A DNA stretch of 64,000 nt. Source: Lachnospiraceae bacterium (GTDB lineage Bacteria > Bacillota > Clostridia > Lachnospirales > Lachnospiraceae). The stretch's first letter is position 1, and the number at the start of each line of letters is the position of its first letter. The stretch spans positions 6,350 through 70,349 of the forward strand of contig BLLU01000197.1 of NCBI GenBank assembly GCA_011959105.1, written 5' to 3'. The notes beneath the pieces are model-generated. The model was not told the DNA's origin, made no database searches, and was given only the letters and a program-made list of their open reading frames with translations. Below are positions 25,486 to 34,678 of this stretch, in pieces. The translations under genes were made by a program, and so were the position numbers.

Positions 25486-27578
25486 GCCGCCAGACTCACC
25501 AGTTCCGCCCCGCGGAAATACCAAAATCCCCTGTAGCGCAGGCTTACCTGCTCCGCCCCCTCCTGCAGCCGGACCCGAACCACATGATTGTCCCCGTCTT
25601 CTACAATCAGGGAGCGGCCCTGGCCGTCTATGGCCTCATAGCCCCCGTAATACAGCAGGGGGACTTCCACCCAGTCTCCCGGCCCCACATTGCAAAGCTG
25701 CAGTTCAATCCGGGTTCCCTGTTTGTAATATCCGGTGAGTTCCGCACTGCCCCCGGTGACATAGCGGTCCACCGTAAGGCTGTCCCTGTTTGTCCCCCAC
25801 AGATAGTATTCATTGTCATACCCTGCGGAGGCATAAGTGTCCACCGCCATCCCCGGCCGCAGCACCGGCGCCAGTTCCGTGGTATACGCAGTGCCCCACA
25901 GGATAAAAGCCAGGCTGCACACCCCCAACACCCCACAGGCCGTCAGACTCCGCTCCTGCCTGCTCCGCCGGGCCAGAATACCGGCCGCCGCCATACACAG
26001 CATGGGAGAGGCCAAGCTGAGGAACCGCCAGGGCATCTGCACCGTTTTGCAGAAGGCATTCACCGGCCCCGGGCGCTGCAGAATCTGCCAGGGAAACAGA
26101 GTGCTGGACATAAAGAGCAGCGCCCCGGCCATCCCTGCCATCAGGCCGTAGAACCGCTCCCGGCCATCCTCCTCTTTTTTCCCCAGCAGAAAATGTACCC
26201 CGCAGAACACCAGCGCTCCCGTGACCCCCACGCCCAGAGAAAGGGACATATTGCCCTGCAGCCCCTGGTCCAGCAGCTGGGAATGTCCGAAACCGGTGTT
26301 GAACACATTGAACAATTCCGTGGGAAACACGGCGTTCTGATAGAATTCCGTATTTTCCGGGGTATGTTTAATGGCCAGATCTTCCCCCAGATAATACGTC
26401 AGAAAGGCCGCCAGATACCAGAGATTCATAAGCAGGGTCAGCAGTCCCGCCTTCACAAAACCCAAAAACCGCTGCTTTTTCACAAATTCTCTGTGACACA
26501 GCGCCGCCGCTGCCGCCACCGTAAACGCGGCGAATACGGTGCTGATGATATGGGACTGAAGGACACCGCCGCATCCCAGGGCCAGCACCCACCATTTCCG
26601 GCAGTCCCCGGCCAGCAACAGGTACAGCCCATATAAAAGCAGAGGGAAAAACAGCATGGCCAGGGCCTCCCCCACCGCCGCTCTGTGATAGAGATTCACC
26701 GCACGCCAGGTGGACAGAGTGTACAAAACGGATGCCAAAAGCCCTGCGTACCGGGACCGGGCCATGCCCTTGGCACAGACATACATGATCCAGGCCGTCA
26801 TGCCGTTGATGGAAAACACAAAGATATGATACGCCGCCACCGGGGAAGCCCCCAGCAGCCGCAGCAGAGCGGGAAAATACAAAAAAAGCTCCGGATATAA
26901 GCTGGAAGAAATATATCCGTAGCCATGATTATGAGTGGGATGCAGCCTCACGGGAAACTGGCCCGACAACAGGCCGTCCTTGATCCCCTCAATCCGGTAC
27001 AGATGAAAATTCAGGTCATGCCCGGGCCCCGTCATGCCGTAAAACAGAGGATAGCTGGCCAGCACCGTAACACCCAGCAGAACACAGAAAATAAAAATAC
27101 CGACCCCCTTTTCTTCCTCTCCCTGCCGGTTAAATCCCCGCATCCGCCACCCCGCCAGTCCCAGAATCAGGACCACGGCCGCGATTCCCAGACTCACCAG
27201 AAATCCGTCGCTGTAGATAGGACCTCCCCCGGCAGGGGACAGTTCCAGAGAGGTCAGTACGCCCTCCTGCCAGCCATGGAAAACCACTTCGCTCTCGTCC
27301 TTCTCCAGACGGATCAGAAAGGGCTCCCCGGCATCCCCCGCCCCCAGCAGATTTCCTTCGCCGCTGCGGACCACCACAGGCCCATACCCGCCAACCAGCA
27401 CCCGATATTCCCCCCGGGGCAGGGTCAGGTGCGGCGCGTAACTGTGCCAGGCTGCTTCCCCCGGTGTGCTCTCTGCCGCCAGACCTGTCTGCAATCCCTG
27501 ACGGCCATATGTATTTATCAACAACAATAACAGCACCGCCGCCGAAACCAGCAGTGCCGGTATCCATCCCTTTTTCAT
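25440..27578 (-). CDS. Large polytopic membrane protein, YfhO/PTPS-related GT-C-like candidate
   Basis: Signal/TM, then a beta-rich segment, then the motif GHDLNFHLYRIEGIKDGLLSGQFPVRL, then more than 10 TM helices. It overlaps the downstream gene by about 46 nt. Confidence 0.55.
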   Translation of the reverse strand: MKKGWIPALLVSAAVLLLLLINTYGRQGLQTGLAAESTPGEAAWHSYAPHLTLPRGEYRVLVGGYGPVVVRSGEGNLLGAGDAGEPFLIRLEKDESEVVFHGWQEGVLTSLELSPAGGGPIYSDGFLVSLGIAAVVLILGLAGWRMRGFNRQGEEEKGVGIFIFCVLLGVTVLASYPLFYGMTGPGHDLNFHLYRIEGIKDGLLSGQFPVRLHPTHNHGYGYISSSLYPELFLYFPALLRLLGASPVAAYHIFVFSINGMTAWIMYVCAKGMARSRYAGLLASVLYTLSTWRAVNLYHRAAVGEALAMLFFPLLLYGLYLLLAGDCRKWWVLALGCGGVLQSHIISTVFAAFTVAAAAALCHREFVKKQRFLGFVKAGLLTLLMNLWYLAAFLTYYLGEDLAIKHTPENTEFYQNAVFPTELFNVFNTGFGHSQLLDQGLQGNMSLSLGVGVTGALVFCGVHFLLGKKEEDGRERFYGLMAGMAGALLFMSSTLFPWQILQRPGPVNAFCKTVQMPWRFLSLASPMLCMAAAGILARRSRQERSLTACGVLGVCSLAFILWGTAYTTELAPVLRPGMAVDTYASAGYDNEYYLWGTNRDSLTVDRYVTGGSAELTGYYKQGTRIELQLCNVGPGDWVEVPLLYYGGYEAIDGQGRSLIVEDGDNHVVRVRLQEGAEQVSLRYRGFWYFRGAELVSLAAWGACGICWWKKRRR

Positions 27579-27643
27579 CCGCCGTTCCCGCCGCAGGCCC
27601 CGCCCGGGGCTCGGCCCGCCTTTCTACCGCCCCTTCGGTTTCC

Positions 27644-28063
27644 TTACAGATTCTCTTTGATCCTGCGGATCATCTCTTCGTATTCCTCTTCCGCCAGATA
27701 GGTCTTGCCGGGATTCATCTGGAATATGCCGCCCCACTCGTCGCCTCCCTGATATTTGGGGCACAGATGCATATGCAGATGACAACCCGTGTCGCCGTAA
27801 GCGCCATAATTCAGCTTATCCGGGTGAAACGCCTTATGAATGGCCCTGGCCGCATGGGCCACATCCGCCATAAACAGATTGCGTTCCTCCTCTCCGATGT
27901 CCACAATTTCGCTGACATGATCCCTGTAGGCCACAATGCACCTGCCCGGTTTGCTCTGCTCCTTGAACAGAATCAAACTGCTGACCTGCAAATCACAGAT
28001 CCAGATCCCGAACTTCTCCAGCAATTCCCCTCTCATACAATAGCCGCAATTTTCGTCCTTCAT
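27644..28063 (-). CDS. HIT-family nucleotide hydrolase/transferase
   Basis: Histidine triad HLHMHLCP and N-terminal CGYC. The start is ATG 28063 with an upstream GGAGGAG. Confidence 0.8.
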   Translation of the reverse strand: MKDENCGYCMRGELLEKFGIWICDLQVSSLILFKEQSKPGRCIVAYRDHVSEIVDIGEEERNLFMADVAHAARAIHKAFHPDKLNYGAYGDTGCHLHMHLCPKYQGGDEWGGIFQMNPGKTYLAEEEYEEMIRRIKENL

Positions 28064-28138
28064 GTTGAGTCTCCTCCATACTGTTTTTTGCAAACCGCCG
28101 ATTCGGGCTCTCTCCCTTTTGGTTTGCATTTCCTGTTT

Positions 28139-28852
28139 CTACAAAATATTAACCACTTCCCCGATCCGGGCAGGATCCGTATTGATGATCAGTTCCCGGG
28201 GGAAGTCCACCTCCCGAAGCAGCGCATCCGCCTGGGTAAAGTCCCCCACTGACTGGCAGATATGACTGTCCGTCCCCAGGATTACGCTGGCCCTGTGACG
28301 CAGACAGGCTTCCAGCATCCTGCGGATATTCTCCCTGGCTCCCTGTCGGGAAGACAGGGGATGGAGAGAGGAATTATTCACCTCCAGCGCCACTTTAAGT
28401 CCTGCCGCCTCCCTGACCAGTTCTTCATAATCCATGGGATAACGGGAATCGTCCGGATGCCCCAGAATCTTTACATAAGGATTCTCCATGGCCAGCACCG
28501 CCGCCCGGGTGTTCTCCCTGGCGGAACCCGGCGTCACGATCAGGGTATGCATGCTGGCGATGCAGTAGTCCAGCCGGGACAAGGTAAGGGCATCCAGATC
28601 CAGATGCCCCTCGTAATCCGTGATATTGGCCTCGACTCCGCACAACAGCCTCATATCCCCATATTCTCTGGGAATGATCTTGTAATTCTGAAAATACAGC
28701 CGGCTCGGCCCCCCGTCCACTGCGGGTCCGTGCTCGCTGAGCCCCAAAAACTTCAGCCCCCGCTCCCTGGCCGCCGCTATGTTCTCCTGCAAGGTACTGT
28801 AGGCATGGCCGCTGGCTATGGTATGGGTATGCAGATCCATCACATAGTTCAT
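28139..28852 (-). CDS. PHP-domain phosphatase (YcdX-like)
   Basis: MDLHTHTIASGHAYSTLQENIAAARERGLKFLGLSEHGP. Confidence 0.8.
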   Translation of the reverse strand: MNYVMDLHTHTIASGHAYSTLQENIAAARERGLKFLGLSEHGPAVDGGPSRLYFQNYKIIPREYGDMRLLCGVEANITDYEGHLDLDALTLSRLDYCIASMHTLIVTPGSARENTRAAVLAMENPYVKILGHPDDSRYPMDYEELVREAAGLKVALEVNNSSLHPLSSRQGARENIRRMLEACLRHRASVILGTDSHICQSVGDFTQADALLREVDFPRELIINTDPARIGEVVNIL

Positions 28853-29484
28853 TCCTTCTTTTCCCTCTTTTCTTTTTTATCCGGGGCCGTCATATGACCC
28901 GCCAGATCATCTACCATCTTCTCGATCATCAGCTTTTTCACATACACATCAAAGCTGAGAAGGCAGATAAAGGAGAATTTCTGAAGGAACTCCTGGTCCT
29001 CCTGGGGCGCTTCCTGGAAGGTCTGCCGGGCTTTAAGATAGTTGCGCCTCACATCCTCTTTCAGCAGTTCTACCTCCTCCTGTTCCATGCCAAAGACCTC
29101 CTGATACACCGCTTCCAGATCAAAGGCGCCCCCTCCCCCAAAATATTTGTCCGTGATGGGCTTCAGCAGGACCTGGATATCATTGATGGACATGACCCCC
29201 TTAAAATAATAGATAAAAATCAACACCAGCACATGCTCTTTGGAGTATTTCTTCCGCACCGGGGGCGGCAGCAGATCATTCTTGGCATAGTTGTTGATCA
29301 TGGTCTTGGTCAGCACCTTGTCATCGCCCGGATTGCGGGTGGTGGTGCGCAGTCTGCTGTCCATGAATGTGGTCACCTGGTCCATATACAGGTCTATGTC
29401 CGGGATATCCTCCGGACGGACATACTCGATCCTGCTCAAACTGTCCAATATGCTGTTTAACAGATTTTCCGTATCTATCTTCAT
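28849..29484 (-). CDS. DUF1836 domain protein
   Basis: DLYMDQVTTFMDS...LTKTMINNYAKNDLLPPPVRKKYSKEHVLVLIFIYYFK. There is a 4-nt overlap with the PHP gene. Confidence 0.7.
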   Translation of the reverse strand: MKIDTENLLNSILDSLSRIEYVRPEDIPDIDLYMDQVTTFMDSRLRTTTRNPGDDKVLTKTMINNYAKNDLLPPPVRKKYSKEHVLVLIFIYYFKGVMSINDIQVLLKPITDKYFGGGGAFDLEAVYQEVFGMEQEEVELLKEDVRRNYLKARQTFQEAPQEDQEFLQKFSFICLLSFDVYVKKLMIEKMVDDLAGHMTAPDKKEKREKKE

Positions 29485-29759
29485 GCTTACCTCTACCTGC
29501 ATAACGCGGGTCATACCCGGATTATCCATTATCCCACCCGGGTCAAACACCGCTTTATCTGTGATATTGCGTCTGAAATTGTTTTTATCATAGTTTTTAT
29601 TATATAGTATTTAAAACTACATGACAACCTTTTTTCATAAAACTTCTCCAAAAAAGAAATTTTGCGTCCATATTTACTTTACAACTTTAATATGATAAAA
29701 TAGAGGACAGAGAACATGCTTAGCTTTAAGCAGAACTTTAATAGCAGAAAGGCTTGGAA

Positions 29760-30065
29760 ATGACAATGAATAAAAAGATCAAGACAGATGCGGTAGGCAG
29801 GCTGTTTGAGGCGATTCTCTGTCTGCAGAACAAAGACGAATGTTATACTTTTTTCGAGGATCTCTGTACCGTAAACGAACTTTTGTCCCTGTCGCAGCGC
29901 TTCGAGGTGGCCTCCATGCTGGACGACCACAAAACCTATCTGGAGATCGCCGAAAAGACCGGGGCCTCCACCGCCACCATCAGCAGGGTCAACCGTTCCC
30001 TGAATTACGGCAACGATGGCTATGACATGGTGTTCAAGCGGATGACTCCCCCGGGAGAGCAATAG
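29760..30065 (+). CDS. YerC/YecD (TrpR-like) family protein
   Basis: LFEAILCLQNKDECYTFFEDLCTVNELLSLSQRFEVASML...TGASTATISRVNRSLNYG. Confidence 0.8.
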   Translation: MTMNKKIKTDAVGRLFEAILCLQNKDECYTFFEDLCTVNELLSLSQRFEVASMLDDHKTYLEIAEKTGASTATISRVNRSLNYGNDGYDMVFKRMTPPGEQ

Positions 30066-30071
30066 AACACC

Positions 30072-30109
30072 AAAAGGCAGGAGCTCTACGCCGCCTGCCT
30101 TTTTATTTT
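30072..30109. terminator. Bidirectional intrinsic terminator between the yerC-like and bactofilin genes
   Basis: AAAAGGCAGG...CCTGCCTTTTTATTTT. Confidence 0.55.
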
Positions 30110-30146
30110 CCTTATCATCTGTTCTGTACCAAATCTCTTCGCCAGT

Positions 30147-30614
30147 CTATTCCGTATCACCCGCGGAGACTCTCTCCTCCTGGGCCTCCCGAAGCGCTTC
30201 CTGCAATACCGCTCTGGCGGATCGTTTTTCGTCCTTAAGGGCTTTCTTGGCCTCGGGGGTCTTTCTGCGGGGCGCGTCCTGGTTCATGTTGCATCTGCCC
30301 TGGAATATGGCGTTCTCGTCAATTACAATCACATTGGTGGTAATGTCCCCGATGACTTTGGCCGTCACCGTCAGTTCCACCTTCCCGGGAGCCTGTACAT
30401 TGCCTATCACATCACCCCCAAGGATGGCCTCTCCGGCTTCGATATTACCCTCGACCCTGGCTCCGGCGCCCATGATCAGGGTTCCTGACACATATACATC
30501 GCCCTGTACTTCGCCGTCGATCCTGGCGCTCTGCTTCACGATGAAGTTCCCGTTGACAACACAGTCCTTGCCCAGTATTGTGGTTATTACCATATCATCC
30601 TTTTTTCCTGTCAT
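30147..30614 (-). CDS. Bactofilin-family polymer-forming protein
   Basis: Beta-helical repeat pattern (VNGNFIVKQSARIDGEVQGDVYVSGTLIMGAGARVEGNIEAGEAILGGDVIGNV). Confidence 0.8.
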   Translation of the reverse strand: MTGKKDDMVITTILGKDCVVNGNFIVKQSARIDGEVQGDVYVSGTLIMGAGARVEGNIEAGEAILGGDVIGNVQAPGKVELTVTAKVIGDITTNVIVIDENAIFQGRCNMNQDAPRRKTPEAKKALKDEKRSARAVLQEALREAQEERVSAGDTE

Positions 30615-30676
30615 GCTTTCTCCTCCCATTCTGCCGCCCCGCGGCTTAAAACCTTTTTGATGTGACTGTTTTCCCC

Positions 30677-31423
30677 TTACCCGCTGATGTCTATCAACTG
30701 CATGGGGCTGATATAGGTCCCGTCCTGCTGGATCTGGTATCCCAGTTTGGTGTTGTCGCTGCCGATGTAATAGAGCGCCCCCCCCTGGGCCACCGTGTCC
30801 CCCACTTTCACCAGGCAGTTCCCCTTGTTGCGGTAGATGGTCACATAGCCGTTGCCATGGTCCAGTACCACCCTGCTTCCGTAATCCGCGTCCTCACCCA
30901 CCTCCGTCACCACTCCGGTAGCGGCCGCAACCACCACTGTACCCTCCGTACCGTTCAGAATGCAGGCGGGTTCTCCGTCGGTGATCTCGTCGATGGAAGC
31001 GGAACCTGTCATGGGAAAACGACTGGGAATGCCCTGCTGCTGAATCTTTTCCGCCAGCGCGTTCATCTCCTCCGTTTTCTGATTCACCGTGTCGCTCAGC
31101 AGGTCAATCTTGCTTTTTAAGGCTATGACCTGACTTTGCATATCCAGGCTCCCGGATTCCGCCGCCGCCAGTTTCTCCTGCATCTCCTCGTTTGCGGCCT
31201 GGGCCTCCGCAATCTTCTGGTTGGCAATCTGCCACACCCTGGACTTGTACTGTTCCTCATAGATGATACGGCCCACCACATAGCCCACGGCAACGCAAAA
31301 CACCACCATCAGTACCCGAAATACCCAGTGGCTGAGCCGCAGGTGGCGCACCCCCGCATCCACCGCATCCGAGGCAACGATCACCACACGGTTTGTCTTG
31401 CGTTTATGCTTTTTGGTTTTCAT
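30677..31423 (-). CDS. M23/LytM-family peptidoglycan metalloendopeptidase with an N-terminal TM helix and coiled coil
   Basis: C-terminal motifs (GSRVVLDHGNGYVTIYRN, VGDTVAQGGALYYIGS). Confidence 0.8.
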   Translation of the reverse strand: MKTKKHKRKTNRVVIVASDAVDAGVRHLRLSHWVFRVLMVVFCVAVGYVVGRIIYEEQYKSRVWQIANQKIAEAQAANEEMQEKLAAAESGSLDMQSQVIALKSKIDLLSDTVNQKTEEMNALAEKIQQQGIPSRFPMTGSASIDEITDGEPACILNGTEGTVVVAAATGVVTEVGEDADYGSRVVLDHGNGYVTIYRNKGNCLVKVGDTVAQGGALYYIGSDNTKLGYQIQQDGTYISPMQLIDISG

Positions 31424-31575
31424 TTAAGTCTTTCACCTCCAATGAACAAGACCTATTCTACCATAGCTGATTCATTTTCTCAACAAAAATTAATAATTTT
31501 GTAACATTTGACACATATTTTCATGCCGTGAACCAAAGAAATAAAGGAATTTCTGTAAAAATCTCATAAAAACTA

Positions 31576-31604
31576 TTTACAATTTCTGTTTCTTGTGTTA
31601 TCCT
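31576..31604 (+). promoter_or_regulatory. Putative promoter of the cold-shock gene
   Basis: TTTACA, 17-nt spacer, TATCCT. Confidence 0.4.
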
Positions 31605-31651
31605 TTAGTCGTTGTAATAGTGCAACATACATTTTTTTGGAGGTATCAACA

Positions 31652-31852
31652 ATGAACAAAGGTACAGTAAAGTGGTTTAACAACCAAAAGGGCTATGGTT
31701 TCATCTCTGATGAGTCTGGTAACGATGTATTCGTACACTACTCCGGGCTGAACATGGAAGGCTTCAAGTCTCTTGAGGAGGGCCAGGCAGTTGAATTCGA
31801 GGTAGTGAACGGCGAAAAGGGACCTCAGGCCGTGAACGTAACAAAGTTATAA
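31652..31852 (+). CDS. cspA: Cold-shock protein (CspA family)
   Basis: [31 protein letters not shown] contains the RNP1 and RNP2 motifs. SD GGAGG lies upstream. Confidence 0.9.
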   Translation: MNKGTVKWFNNQKGYGFISDESGNDVFVHYSGLNMEGFKSLEEGQAVEFEVVNGEKGPQAVNVTKL

Positions 31853-31957
31853 GAGACGCTTATAACATCCATAATCAGTAACACGATGTACCTGTTCTTA
31901 ATATAATGAAGAATTGTTTAATGAATAGCAATATCGTTTTATGGGATTAGAGACAAG

Positions 31958-31988
31958 GGGCTGACAGTATTTGTCAGCCCTTTTCTTT
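31958..31988. terminator. Intrinsic terminator shared by cspA and the convergent hisA-like gene
   Basis: GGGCTGACA-gtatt-TGTCAGCCC followed by TTTT. Confidence 0.55.
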
Positions 31989-32756
31989 GCAGATCTCCAG
32001 CACCCGCTCCCACGCCATGTCCCCCCCGAACAAGTCCAGCGCGCTGCCCACGGTCACATGCAGACGGTCATGCCCCAGCCTTTTCAGAAGCCGCAGATCC
32101 TCATAGCTGTGTACGCCTCCGGCGTAAGTCACCGGCAGCCTGCCCCATTCCCCCAGCAGGGCCGCAAGCCCTCTGTCGATGCCGCCGGACTTGCCCTCCA
32201 CATCCACTCCATGGACCAGAAACTCGCAGCAATAGCCCGCCAGCCGGTCCAATAACTGATCCGTCAGCACTTCTCTGGTGGCTTTCTGCCAGCGGTCGGT
32301 CACGATCCGATACTCTCCCTCTATCTTCCGGCAGCTCAGATCCAGCACCAGCCGCTCTCTGCCCACAATCGCCGCCAGTTCCTCCAGTCGGCCATAGTCC
32401 ACCCGGCCGTCATGGAACACATAGGAAGTGACAATGACCTGGGCAGCGCCCGCATCCAGATATTCCCGGGCGTTGCCCCCATGGATGCCGCCGCCCACCT
32501 GCAGCCCGCCGGGGTATGCCGCCAGAGCCTCAAAAGCCTGCTGCCGGGTAGCCTCAAAGTGGGGGCTGTCCGCCCCGTTGAGCAGAATAATATGCCCGCC
32601 CCGTATGCCTGCGCTCCGATAGAGCCTGGCGTAAAAAGCCGCGTCCTGTTGGGAGACAAAATTTTCCAAAGCCTGGTCCCCCTGATCTTTCAGGCTTCCG
32701 CCTACGATCTGTTTTACTTTTCCGTTGTGAATGTCAATACAGGGTCTGAATTCCAT
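31974..32756 (-). CDS. HisA/His6-family phosphoribosylformimino-AICAR isomerase-like protein
   Basis: MEFRPCIDIHNGKVKQIVGGSL...; TIM-barrel HisA/HisF family pattern. Confidence 0.75.
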   Translation of the reverse strand: MEFRPCIDIHNGKVKQIVGGSLKDQGDQALENFVSQQDAAFYARLYRSAGIRGGHIILLNGADSPHFEATRQQAFEALAAYPGGLQVGGGIHGGNAREYLDAGAAQVIVTSYVFHDGRVDYGRLEELAAIVGRERLVLDLSCRKIEGEYRIVTDRWQKATREVLTDQLLDRLAGYCCEFLVHGVDVEGKSGGIDRGLAALLGEWGRLPVTYAGGVHSYEDLRLLKRLGHDRLHVTVGSALDLFGGDMAWERVLEICKEKG

Positions 32757-32767
32757 ACTTTTCCTCT

Positions 32768-32884
32768 TATTTTAGTTCCGCATTGTCCGAACGCTTCGCC
32801 GTCCGCACATGCATCAGTGCGTTTTCCGGGCATATGCTGTTTTTTAGTTCCGCATATGCCCTCCCTACACACATTCCGATGATT
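32768..32884 (-). repeat. TAGTTCCGCAT-family repeat, copy B (one shortened unit plus one partial unit)
   Basis: ttttagttccgcattgtccgaacgc...gttttccgggcatatgctgtt, then ttttagttccgcatatgccctccctacacacattccgatgatt. Confidence 0.75.
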
Positions 32885-33163
32885 TGGATATAAGAGGCAG
32901 CCATAACGGCTGCCCCTATTGGCAATCAGACCGAAGTCCTGATTTACTTATACGCAGGATAAGTGTATCACAGACCACGGTCTTTATCAATGGAGAACAG
33001 GTTTTCGACTGGAAACGACAAGGGCAGCAGCAAGTGTTAATGATTTTCATTGACAGATATGGTATAATGTTTTTGTTGTTGGGAGCGACAAAGTACAGTG
33101 ATGGAGGTATTTTTTATACCCGGCATAGGCCGATGCATCATATAGCCTATGCCTTTACAGATG

Positions 33164-34228
33164 TCAAATATTTGGAGATTTACCATCCAATACTTCGCGG
33201 ATATAGTTATACGCCCGTTCATCGTGAGCCTTCATCCGCTCAATCTGTCCGGCGAGCAGGCGGCGGTTCTCTGCCTTGGCCAGTTGGCGCATCTGAGCCT
33301 CGCCCCGCTCGCAGCCGCCTAAGACGGGAACCATTTCTTTCCAGATGATTGTCAATATCCCATCCAGTTCCCCAGCGGCGGCATTCAGGCCCGGGGCCAT
33401 TGCAGGGTGCTGCTCTGCCAATCTGCGCAGGTACTTTGCCCCGTGGCTGCGCCCATCGGAGAGGCAGTCCATGGCATCACCCTGACACATCATGCGTTCC
33501 ACCTGCAGGGGGAGGACAGCATCGGCCGGAAAGTCCCGGTCGCACAACAGGGCGTTCTTCCAGGCATCATAGGCCAGGATGCCTTTGGCATAGGTTCCAC
33601 ACATACGGCCTTCCAGAGCCTCCACCATGTTCTGGAGCGCTTCTGTGAAAGTGAAAGGGGGAATGCTTTCCGTGCCGGTGGCGATCAGTGCGGTTGTATC
33701 GGGATTCTCCCACCAGTCCCCGGTGAGAAAATAGCCGTTTTTCTCGAACTGAACACTTGCCTGGTATTCCGGATATTCCTGGAACACATTCCAGCCCATC
33801 AACACTTTACCGCCGTCCTGGTAGCCGGTTATAACGCAGGCTTCCGGCGGGCCTATGATGCCAAGGGCGATGACCGGGTATCCTGCATCGATCTCCCTGC
33901 AGATGAAGTCCATGTAATCCTCTTTTTTCGTTTCCGGCATGCGGCGGAGGAACTTAAACTCCCGCTCCATGGCACGCATACCGCAACGAAATACTTTTAG
34001 CGGATCATCAAAAGTGAAGATAGCATCCACATTGCCGCCATCCCAACAGGCGGTATTCCAGACAAGCCGGAAAGCGGCGCCGCTCTCGGCCATAGCCCGG
34101 GTGTAGTCAACGCGCAGCCCCAGATACTTTGCGCAGGATTGGATGCACATGGGAAAAGGAGTACATCCGTCCTGACCATAGGCTACTTTTGGTACGCCGT
34201 ATAAAATTGCATTGTTCTGTTTATCCAT
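33164..34228 (-). CDS. Hypothetical protein, possibly a BtrH_N/papain-like fold
   Basis: 354-aa ORF with good coding character. The N-terminal part reads DGCTPFPMCIQSCAKYLGLRVDYTRAMAESGAAFRLVW. The family is not securely recognised. Confidence 0.55.
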   Translation of the reverse strand: MDKQNNAILYGVPKVAYGQDGCTPFPMCIQSCAKYLGLRVDYTRAMAESGAAFRLVWNTACWDGGNVDAIFTFDDPLKVFRCGMRAMEREFKFLRRMPETKKEDYMDFICREIDAGYPVIALGIIGPPEACVITGYQDGGKVLMGWNVFQEYPEYQASVQFEKNGYFLTGDWWENPDTTALIATGTESIPPFTFTEALQNMVEALEGRMCGTYAKGILAYDAWKNALLCDRDFPADAVLPLQVERMMCQGDAMDCLSDGRSHGAKYLRRLAEQHPAMAPGLNAAAGELDGILTIIWKEMVPVLGGCERGEAQMRQLAKAENRRLLAGQIERMKAHDERAYNYIREVLDGKSPNI

Positions 34229-34264
34229 TTAATTTCCTCAACTTTCTTTTTTCAATATGTCTGT

Positions 34265-34678
34265 CTATGCCATGCTGCTGTCACCGCCATCCTCCCATCT
34301 CCTCGGAAGCGACGCGCCGTATACCCCCGCACAAAGTCGAACCCGGGCAAGCACAGGGGCCTCGGCGCGAAACTGGGAGGGGGTATAGTCGGTATGCCGT
34401 CGGAAAGCCCGGGAGAATACGGTTCTGCCGGAGAATCCGTAATGCAAGGCAATGTCAAGAATTGTTCTGTCCGTGTCCAGAAGCTCTTGGGCGGCATTGG
34501 CAATCCTGCGCTCCTGCACATACCGGGACAGTGACTTTCCGGTACACTTTCGAAACACATCTCTGATATGCGCCAGAGAAAAACCAGTCTGACGCACAAA
34601 CTCTTCCATAGGAATTTCCTCCTGTACATGGCTTTCCACAAAGGTACACACAGACCAGATCAGAATGTAGTGGTTCAT
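34265..34678 (-). CDS. Short AraC-family HTH regulator (DNA-binding domain only)
   Basis: FSLAHIRDVFRKCTGKSLSRYVQERRIANAAQELLDTDRTILDIALHYGFSGRTVFSRAFRRHTDYTPSQFR. Confidence 0.75.
   Translation of the reverse strand: MNHYILIWSVCTFVESHVQEEIPMEEFVRQTGFSLAHIRDVFRKCTGKSLSRYVQERRIANAAQELLDTDRTILDIALHYGFSGRTVFSRAFRRHTDYTPSQFRAEAPVLARVRLCAGVYGASLPRRWEDGGDSSMA

Noticed and set aside
25440-25524. Overlap of the two GT-C-like ORFs as evidence of a frameshifted single gene
   Set aside because: The two ORFs are in different frames, each with a plausible start and stop. With the internal ATG at 25485 the overlap is modest, which is consistent with ordinary operon overlap.
33046-33068. TTGACA at 33046-33051 as the -35 box for TATAAT 33063-33068
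   Set aside because: The spacer would be only 11 nt. The promoter call therefore rests on the extended -10 (TGGTATAAT) alone and is given low confidence.
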